64,000 bases of DNA from Eledone cirrhosa (lineage: Eukaryota), in contig OZ024745.1 in assembly GCA_964016885.1 (NCBI GenBank), positions 3,472,001 through 3,536,000 of the forward strand. The letters are read 5' to 3'. The translations under genes and the position numbers were made by a program. The notes under the pieces are model-generated. The model was not told where the DNA came from. It saw only the letters and a program-made list of their open reading frames with translations, and ran no database searches. Positions 51,640 through 64,000 of this stretch are shown here, piece by piece. The first letter of the stretch is position 1, and every line of letters starts with the position of its first letter.

Positions 51640-51814
51640 TATATTATATATATATATATATTATATATATATATTATATATATATATTATATATATATTA
51701 TATATATATATTATATATATATATATTATATATATATATTATATATATTATATATATATATTATATATATATATATATATTATATATATTATATATATAT
51801 ATATTATATATATA
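51640..51814. repeat. imperfect (TA)n tract
   Basis: Direct reading. Confidence 0.97.
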
Positions 51815-54528
51815 TCATCATCATCATCACCGTTTTACGTCCGTTCTTCCACGCTAGCATGGGTTAGACGGGTTGTCCTGTTGTGGGCAGTGTCTGGTCG
51901 GCTGACCATGCCTTGCTCATACAGGAACTGATCTGGCTTGATTTCTACAGCTGGATGCCCTTCCTAACACCAACCTCATTTACAGTGAGTGCTGGGTGCT
52001 TTTTCGTGGCGCCTACACGTCCACTTTACAGTGTGGGCTGGGTGCTTTTTTGCCGTGGCACCTCCACGGCCACCTTGCGGTGGGGGGGGGGGGCATATTG
52101 TTTATATGCTTCAGCATGTACCCATGGGAGGTCGGGTACCCTGTATTACTGCGTGACGCCAGAAGTCACGGTCGTGTGTCATTGACTTTGAGAGGTGTAG
52201 TTGGGTAAGGTCGGCTTTTATCACCTCATCCCAAGTCATCTTGGGTCTCCCCACTCCGCGGTTTCCATCAACTTCTAGTGCTCTGCACCTTTTTATGCAG
52301 CTGTCATCCTTCATACGCATCACATGTCCATACCAGCGTAACCGCCTCTCCTGCACGCAGCATTTGATTCCTCTTATGCTCAGTCTCTCTCTCAATTCCT
52401 TTATGCTTTGTCGTTCACGTATATTACTGTTACACATCCATCGGAGCATGCAGGCTTCGTTTCTCTCTAATCTACGTAAGTCTTCCACCTTCAGCGCCCA
52501 GGTCTCACTACCATGCAACATCGCTGTTCGGATACACGCATCATACAGTCTGCCTTTCATTCTGAGGGAGAAGCCTTTTGCAGCTAGCAGTGGTAGTAGT
52601 TCCCTAAACTTCTTCCATCCCGTTCTTACCCTAGTTATTGTACTTTCTGAGCACCCACCTCCGTTGCTAATTCGGTCACCTAGGTAGCAGAAGCTGTCTA
52701 CTGTTTCTACAGGGCCCTCCCAGAGATTGGTGGTACTTGTTTCCTGTGGCTGTTTGCTTGCTGTTTCAGCACAGCTGCTGCATGTGAATCCTACATTCTT
52801 AATTAAGCTTCCTGAGATCCCGCTACATCTCTTGTGTACCCATTGTTTGCATTTGGGGCAGAGAATGGAGTTCCTACCTACACCTTTCCTACATACTGAG
52901 CAAGGCCATTTCCCTGAGGGGATCTGGGTTCTGTTTTCTCGTCTACTTACAAGGACCTTAGTCTTTGTCATGTTGACTTTGAGGCCCTTTCTCTCTAGTC
53001 CCTGCTTCCAGGTTTGGAATTTATTCTCTAGTTCTACCATAGATTCAGCTATGAGTGCGAGGTCATCAGCATACAGGAGTTCCCATGGGCATCCGGTCTT
53101 AAACTCCTCCGTTATTGCCTGCAGGACTATGATGAACAAGAGAGGGCTAAGAACAGAGCCCTGGTGGACCCCAACCTGTACGCTAAATTCCTCGCTATAC
53201 TCATTGCCAATCCTAACTTTGCTGACTGCTCCCCTATACATGGCTTGTACCGCTTTCACAAGCCATTCATCTACTCCTAGTTTTCTAAGAGCCCACCAGA
53301 TTACTGCACGTGGAACTCTGTCAAAGGCTTTCTCAAGGTCGACAAATGCCAAGTAGAGTGGCTTATTTTTAGCTAGGTACTTTTCCTGTAATTGCCTCAC
53401 AAGGAAGAGGGCATCAGTGGTGCCTTTCCCTGGAACAAACCCAAATTGCATCTCGTCTATATTCACCCGGTCCCTAATCAGCTGTGCTATAACTCTTTCT
53501 GTTACTTTCATGACCTGGTCCATCAACTTTATACCTCTATAGTTTCCTCTATCTAGTGCATCGCCTTTACCTTTGTAGCAGTTGACAATGATGCTACTGC
53601 ACCAATCTTTTGGTATGGCCCCCTCTAGTATTACCTGGTTAACGATACGTGTGGTTATAGTGTGACCTACAGACCCAGATGCCTTCAGCATCTCGGCAGC
53701 TATACCCGATGGACCGGTTGCCTTCCCTATCTTCATATCTCTGATTGCCTTACTTACTACGCTGCCGCTGACTTGTACTGCTGGTCCCTCTATAGGGTCT
53801 ACGTGGGGTAGGGTCTCTTCTTCCCATGCATTCTCCTCATTTAGTAATCTATCATAATGACTCTTTCATGCATCTTTCTTCTCAGCACTTGTGAGGGCAA
53901 GCTCACCTTTATCATTCCGGATACACTTCTCTCCAATGACATCACAACTATCTCTGACACACTGCCTCGCAATCTTGAATACCTCCTGTTTCTGGTCCTC
54001 ACGTTGTAAAACATGCTTGAATTTTCTATCCTCTGCTTCCCTCCTAGCTAAGTATACTTGTCGCCTAGCTTCCCTCTTGGTCTCTATGTAATGTACCCTG
54101 CTCCCCCCGTTCTTCCATTCTTTCCATGCCTGTCTCTTGGCCTTGACTGCTTCATCTACCTTATTGTTCCACCACCAAGTCACTCTCCTCCTGCTTGAGG
54201 TCTTACTCCAGCCACAAACCTCATCCGTCGCCTCTAGTAAGTTATTTTTTAGGAACTCCCAGTTCTCTTCTACGTTAAATGTCTCTATCTGTTCTTCTTT
54301 ACTGTCGTAGGCGTTGAGTAAAATATCTTTAAATCTGTTACTGGTTGAGGGGACTTTCAGCTTCCAGATCTTTCTTCTCCAGGTTGGCCTCTGTTTCAGG
54401 GCTCGTCTAGTTCTGACCGTGAGGTCGCTGACAACTAAGCTATGTTGGGATGTACATTCCTCACTAGGGAAGGCTTTTGTGTTTACGACCGTCCATCTGT
54501 CACGTCCTCTGATGAGGATAAAATCTAA
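51815..54528 (-). mobile_element. RTE-clade LINE, family B copy 2, 5'-truncated inside the endonuclease domain
   Basis: Near-identical to 2870-5587, with a (CAT)n tail. Homology stops at ...GATAAAATCTAA, followed by TCTAGGA and TA. Confidence 0.94.
52111..54528 (-). pseudogene. RTE-B ORF remnant with a premature stop
   Basis: ORFs 52111-53736 and 53866-54183 are in frame. TGG>TGA at 53866-53868 relative to copy 1 (KDAWKSH). Confidence 0.9.
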
Positions 54529-54534
54529 TCTAGG

Positions 54535-57088
<2,554 letters not shown>

Positions 57089-58758
57089 ATCATCATCATC
57101 ATCATCATCAACGTTTAACGTCCGTGTTCCACGCTTGCATGGGTTTGGACGGGGGTAGTCCCACTTGAGGCAAGAGTGATTGTCTTGCTCGCATAGGACT
57201 GTCTGGCAGGTTTTCTACAGTTGGATGCCCTTCCTAACACCAACCACATTTACAGTGTGGGTCTGGGAGGTTTTTACCATGTTGCCTACACGGCCACATT
57301 ACAGCGTGGACTGTGTGTTTTTTTGTCGTGACACCTACACGATCTCATTTGTTTCGGCCTCGATGGCGCGGCACCAACATAACTTTACATAGAACGGGGT
57401 AGTGTGGATGGGGGTGGTGGGACGGGGGTATATTTTGTTAGAGATGCCTACTGGCTGGAGTAGGTTTTACTATATATTTAGGTAAGGCGGGTCTTCTCTG
57501 TTACTGAGTACCGCCAAAGGTCTCGGTCCAGTGACATTGTCTTGGAGAGGTGTAAGTGTGTGATGTCGGAGTTTATCAGCTCGTCCCAGGTTTTTCTAGG
57601 TCTGCCTATTCCGTGACTACCGTCTATCTTTATTGCCCTGCACTTTGTTATACAGCTATCGACTTTCATGCGCATCACGTGTCCATACCAACGTAGCCTT
57701 CTCTCGAGTAAACAACATCTGATCCCTCTTATCTCTAATTTTTTCCTTAGTTCGTTTATGCTTTGCCGTTCACGTATATTACTGTTACACATCCAGCGGA
57801 GCATGCAAGCTTCGTTCCTCTCTAGTCTGCGTATATCCTCTGCACACAATGCCCAGGTCTCACTGCCATGCAGCATTGCTGTTCGTATGCAGGCATCGTA
57901 CAACCTGCCTTTCATTTTTAGTGAGAACCCTTTAGCAGCTAATAGTGGTATAAGCTCTCTGAACTTTTTCCAACCAGTTCTGACTCTAGCTACAGTACTT
58001 TCAGAGCACCCTCCCCCACTGCTGATTTTATCGCCCAGGTAACGGAAGCTGTCCACTATTTCTATAGAACCCTCTGCGCAATTGAAAGAGCTAGTAGTTT
58101 GTGGGCACTTGCTGCTACTTATTGCACCAGAGCACCGGCCACATGTAAAATCTATGTTCTTAGTTAGCTTACCTGTGATTCCACTACATCTTTTATGCAC
58201 CCATACTTTGCATTTAGGACATAAAATGGAGTTTCTACCTACGCCTTTCCTACACACCGAGCACGACCATTTCCCAGAAGGGACCGCCGCCTTGTTTTCT
58301 TTCCTACAAACTAGTACTTTGGTCTTAGCCAGGTTAATTTTAAGTCCTTTTGACTCTAGGCCGTGCTTCCATGTTTGGAATTTCTTCTCTAGCTCGGCCA
58401 TTGATTCCGCTATGAGTGTCAGGTCGTCTGCGTATAGGAGTTCCCATGGGCAGCCTGTCTTGAACTCCTCTGTTATAGCCTGAAGGGCAATAATAAATAG
58501 TAGTGGGCTGAGAACAGAGCCCTGATGGACGCCAACTTTTACGCTAAACTCTTCACTATATTCGTTGTTAATTCTAACCTTGCTGACTGTTTCTTTATAC
58601 ATGGCTTGTATAGGCCTCACAAGCCATTCGTCAACGCCTAGTTTTCTAAGAGCCCACCAGATAATGGAGCGGGGGACTCTGTCGAAGGCTTTCTCCAAGT
58701 CGACAAAAGCTAAGTAGAGGGGTTTACCTTTAGCTAGGTACTTCTCCTGTAGTTGTCG
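57089..58758 (-). mobile_element. RTE-clade LINE, family A copy 3 (3' part; interrupted by the assembly gap)
   Basis: (CAT)n tail and a 3' UTR homologous to 34328-34724. RT/PHD/C-terminal frame open from the gap to the stop at 57478. Confidence 0.93.
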
Positions 58759-58958
58759 NNNNNNNNNNNNNNNNNNNNNNNNNNNNNNNNNNNNNNNNNN
58801 NNNNNNNNNNNNNNNNNNNNNNNNNNNNNNNNNNNNNNNNNNNNNNNNNNNNNNNNNNNNNNNNNNNNNNNNNNNNNNNNNNNNNNNNNNNNNNNNNNNN
58901 NNNNNNNNNNNNNNNNNNNNNNNNNNNNNNNNNNNNNNNNNNNNNNNNNNNNNNNNNN
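58759..58958. other. scaffold gap (200 N)
   Basis: Run of N. Confidence 1.
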
Positions 58959-59238
58959 CTGGCAAGGCGGGTCTTCTCTGTTACTGAGTACCGCCAAAGG
59001 TCTCGGTCCAGTGACATTGTCTTGGAGAGGTGTAAGTGTGTGATGTCGGAGTTTATCAGCTCGTCCCAGGTTTTTCTAGGTCTGCCTATTCCGTGGCTAC
59101 CGTCTATCTTTATTGCCCTGCACTTTGTTATACAGCTATCGACTTTCATGCGCATCACGTGTCCATACCAACGTAGCCTTCTCTCGAGTAAACAACATCT
59201 GATCCCTCTTATCTCTAATTTTTTCCTTAGTTCGTTTA
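58959..59238 (-). mobile_element. RTE family A copy 4, short 5'-truncated fragment (C-terminal coding end)
   Basis: Matches ~57480-57759 with a few substitutions (GGCAAGG vs GGTAAGG; CCGTGGCTAC vs CCGTGACTAC). Ends in a (TA/TG)n tract. Confidence 0.9.
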
Positions 59239-59330
59239 TGTATATGTATATATATATGTATATATATATATGTATATATATATATATGTATATATATATA
59301 TGTATATATATATATGTATATATATATATG

Positions 59331-59361
<31 letters not shown>

Positions 59362-59500
59362 GTATATATATATGTGTATATATATATGTGTATATATATA
59401 TGTATATATATATATGTATATATATATATGTGTATATATATATGTGTATATATATATGTGTATATATATATGTATATATATATATGTATATATATATATG

Positions 59501-59563
<63 letters not shown>

Positions 59564-59613
59564 ATATATATATGTATATATATATGTATATATGTATATG
59601 TATATATATCTAT

Positions 59614-59661
<48 letters not shown>

Positions 59662-59727
59662 GTATATGTATATATATATATGTATATGTATATATATATA
59701 TGTATATGTATATGTATATATATATAT
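59239..59727. repeat. (TA)n tract with TG interruptions
   Basis: Direct reading. Confidence 0.97.
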
Positions 59728-59790
59728 CGTCCAAACCCATGCAAGCGTGGAACACGGACGTTAAGCGTTGATGATGATGATGATGATGAT
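59728..59790 (+). mobile_element. 63-bp extreme 3' tip of RTE family A (hairpin plus (GAT)7)
   Basis: CGTCCAAACCCATGCAAGCGTGGAACACGGACGTTAAGCGTT(GAT)7 is the reverse complement of 57090-57151, with one substitution. Confidence 0.93.
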
Positions 59791-60111
59791 GTATATATAT
59801 GTATATATATATGTATATATATATATGTATATATATATAGATGTATATATATATATATGTATATATATATATGTATATATATATATGTATATATATATAT
59901 ATGTATATATGTATATATGTATATGTATATATATATATGTATATACATATATATATATGTATATATATATATATGTATATATATATATGTATATATATAT
60001 GTATATATGTATATATATATATGTATATATATATATGTATATATATATATGTATATATATATATGTATATGTATATATATGTATATGTATATATATGTAT
60101 ATATATATATG

Positions 60112-60178
<67 letters not shown>

Positions 60179-60269
60179 ATATGTATATATATATATGTAT
60201 ATATATATGTATATATGTATATATGTATATATATATATGTATATATATATGTATATATGTATATATGTA

Positions 60270-60300
<31 letters not shown>

Positions 60301-60339
60301 ATATATATGTATATATATATGTATATATATATATATGCA

Positions 60340-60370
<31 letters not shown>

Positions 60371-60387
60371 ATATATATATGTATATA
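59791..60387. repeat. (TA)n tract with TG interruptions
   Basis: Direct reading. Confidence 0.97.
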
Positions 60388-61490
60388 GGGAGTCAAATCA
60401 AGCCCAGCCAAAGTCAGTAGTGGAGTCCCACAAGGCACTGTGTTGGGCCCACTTCTCTTCATCATCTATATTAATGACATCACTCACATCATCAAACACA
60501 GCAACATTAAAATTTTCGCTGATGATTCCAAGCTCCAAAAGGTCATCAATGGCGTGGATGACCGGATAAGCCTTCAGTCAGACCTACTGGCTGTTACCCA
60601 ATGGGCAGAAAAGAACAACATGTTACTGAACGAAGACAAATTCGAACTGATCCACTTTGGAAAAGAGGATGCTCTGAAACTCCCGTACTCCCTTCCCTCC
60701 GGGGAAACTCTCGTGGCATCTAACAACATCAGAGACTTGGGAGTAACCGTGGACAGCAACATAAGCTGGACCACGCATATAAGCAGCAAAGTTGACATGG
60801 CCCGCAGAATGTGTTCCTGGATCCTCAGAACCTTCCAGTCGAGAGATTCCCGCACCATTATCCTTCTCTTCTCTACTTTCGCCCAACCACACCTTGAATA
60901 CTGTTGTCCACTGTGGTCTCCCCATACGAAACAAAGTATCATGAAACTTGAAGCTCCTCAAAGGGCAATCACGAAAAAGATAGATGGCATGTCAGACCTT
61001 GACTACTGGGGTCGATTGGAAAACCTGAAACTTTACTCACTCCAACGTCGCCGTGAGCGTTATATTATCTGCATGATGTGGAAAATGTTCCATCATCACT
61101 GCCCAAATGATGTTGGCATCGCCTTCAAGATACACCCAAGGCTTGGGCCCCGTGCTATCCGTCCCATTCAAAAATCTAAATCGCAACTCATAACAACAAT
61201 ACGGCACAATTATTTCACCTCAATCGGCCCTGCTCTCTTCAACATCACACCAGGACACGTCAAAACAGAAACTGACCACACAAAATTCAAGAAGTCTTTG
61301 GACAAATTCCTCCAAGTAATCCCGGACAAACCACCCACACCCGGATATGTCTCCGCAAACAGTAATTCTCTTCTCGAATGGGCCATGGTGCCCAAATCCT
61401 GAATTGAAAGACTTCGCCAGGTGGTGCTATTAAGTTAGACATGGCCTGGGCCAATACTGGCCAAAACATTTCAAAGTTATTCAAAGTTAT
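60388..61490 (+). mobile_element. CR1-group LINE, family C copy 2, 5'-truncated within RT
   Basis: Near-identical to the reverse complement of 30881-31978; ends in (TTCAAAGTTA)x2. Confidence 0.93.
60440..61402 (+). CDS. C-terminal part of CR1-group ORF2 (RT, partial)
   Basis: [31 protein letters not shown]; uninterrupted frame. Confidence 0.9.
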   Translation: MLGPLLFIIYINDITHIIKHSNIKIFADDSKLQKVINGVDDRISLQSDLLAVTQWAEKNNMLLNEDKFELIHFGKEDALKLPYSLPSGETLVASNNIRDLGVTVDSNISWTTHISSKVDMARRMCSWILRTFQSRDSRTIILLFSTFAQPHLEYCCPLWSPHTKQSIMKLEAPQRAITKKIDGMSDLDYWGRLENLKLYSLQRRRERYIICMMWKMFHHHCPNDVGIAFKIHPRLGPRAIRPIQKSKSQLITTIRHNYFTSIGPALFNITPGHVKTETDHTKFKKSLDKFLQVIPDKPPTPGYVSANSNSLLEWAMVPKS

Positions 61491-61525
61491 ATGTATATAT
61501 ATATATGCATATGTATATGTATATA

Positions 61526-61618
<93 letters not shown>

Positions 61619-61659
61619 GTATATATATATATATGTATATATATATGTATATATATATG

Positions 61660-61690
<31 letters not shown>

Positions 61691-61694
61691 TTAT
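61491..61694. repeat. (TA)n tract with TG interruptions
   Basis: Direct reading. Confidence 0.97.
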
Positions 61695-62300
61695 GTCAGG
61701 TCACCAGTTGGTGCTACTGGTAACATGTATCCCAGTACAACCCGTCTCATGGTCGGGTCGTTGGCGACTAAACTGGCAACCCCACCAAGGTTTCTTGGTG
61801 AGGAGGGTGACTTTGGACATCCTGCAGGACTAAAAACAAAACCTGTCAAAGGGCAAAGGAGCTCTGAAGAGTCAATGGCCATCCAAAATCACTGGGAGAG
61901 ATGACCCCTTAGCCTTTGTCAAGGCAGAATTCTAGGAGAAGTAAAACTCTGATATAACACCTGCAACCCTGATAGTATCCAATGATGTTGACTTGTTCTT
62001 CTTTTTGGTAAATATCATCTTGGTTAAGAGAGTGGGACTGGCTTTGTGCAGTGCCTTTGCTCACCATAAAAGCTTCACCGCACAGGCATTGCTTTATATC
62101 TGGAGATCTCTCTGCACTTGTCGTCACATGGTACCATGGGCCCAGCACTATGTGTCAATAATTGTCACAAGTGTAGTGTTTGTACCAGAGTTTTCAAGTC
62201 GCTGGCTGGACTAAAAAGTCACACTCGTTCAGCGCATCGGTAGGGGTTCTCCTACATGGATATAAACTAGTGGCCATACTCGAAAACGAGTTGGCAGCCA

Positions 62301-62302
<2 letters not shown>
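61695..62302 (+). mobile_element. short non-autonomous, internally deleted RTE/BovB-like element (5' UTR fused to 3' end)
   Basis: Bounded by TA on both sides. 62172-62243 translates to a C2H2 finger, [23 protein letters not shown], typical of RTE/BovB-type C-termini. 3' hairpin GCCA-T-ACTCG-AAAA-CGAGT-TGGC at 62273-62295. The 5' part contains CTAGGAGAAGTAAAACTCTGA, resembling RTE 5'-UTR motifs. No RT. Confidence 0.7.
61699..61776 (+). ncRNA. possible degenerate HDV-like self-cleaving ribozyme
   Basis: P2-like CCAGT (61732-61736)/ACTGG (61772-61776); CCC in the L3 position with GG at 61755-61756; P4 hairpin GTCG-TTGG-CGAC followed by TAA. P1 and P3 pair poorly. Confidence 0.4.
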
Positions 62303-63585
<1,283 letters not shown>

Positions 63586-64000
63586 TTACTTTAAATATAT
63601 ATATCATGCTACCTCGAAAGTCAAAAATCCCGCTCATACACCCTCCACCCACCATCTTCACGAGGGGTTGCGGTCAGCCACTCTCTCTCTCTCTCTCTCT
63701 CCCTTCCCCTCTCTCTCTCTCTCTCTTAGCTACACACACACATATATAAGATAAATTCCCGTTCATGTTTATTCACTTTCGCCAAACAATTGCTGCTTCA
63801 ACTACCCCTACTACGGTGTAACCATGTAATCGTAACGTTCACGTTTTTCCTATCTACTCCACACACCACAATTTCGTACATAGACCAAACATCCAATCTC
63901 GCAAAATCCGAAATCTGTATTTTTTGTTATTTATTAAGGTTTAAATACGGTGTTTATGTCGTATTGAACAGAACAAATCTTGCAGTTTTGCTTTTTGTTA
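63586..64000 (+). repeat. diverged relative of the RTE-A 5' array unit (spacer + monomer) in plus orientation; includes (CT)n at 63681-63726
   Basis: Colinear matches to the reverse complement of the 42140-42580 region: CTTTAAATATA, a pyrimidine run, ATATAAGATAAA, TCGCCAA, GTAACGTTCA, AACAAATCTTG..TTT..TTGTTA. Confidence 0.6.

Noticed and set aside
58959-59238. Contig-overlap duplication of copy A3
   Set aside because: It differs from 57480-57759 at several positions and is truncated into a different TA dialect, so it is more likely a separate copy.

Overview
Eukaryotic, repeat-only window with no host gene. The conserved LINE 3' tails resemble abundant octopus/cephalopod repeats as I recall them; the species cannot be confirmed here. 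The window is a chain of non-LTR retrotransposons, each inserted in an imperfect (TA)n tract. It holds two RTE-clade families with (GAT)n tails and an APE-RT ORF containing a PHD-type finger: family A at 1-2826, 34328-48189, 57089-58758, 58959-59238 plus a 63-bp 3' tip at 59728-59790, and family B at 2855-30837 and 51815-54528. It also holds two CR1-group families (30881-34165 and 60388-61490; 49692-51639) and a 0.6-kb internally deleted RTE/BovB-like element with a possible HDV-like ribozyme (61695-62302). The main observation is that both 5'-complete RTE copies continue directly at their 5' ends into family-specific tandem arrays: about 61 x ~400 bp (24 kb) for B, and 45 x 202 bp plus three ~287-bp spacers (10 kb) for A. 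The two arrays share short motifs, and a third related unit starts at the right window edge. The first eight elements are all minus-strand and head-to-tail; those after ~59.7 kb are all plus-strand. A 200-N scaffold gap lies at 58759-58958.
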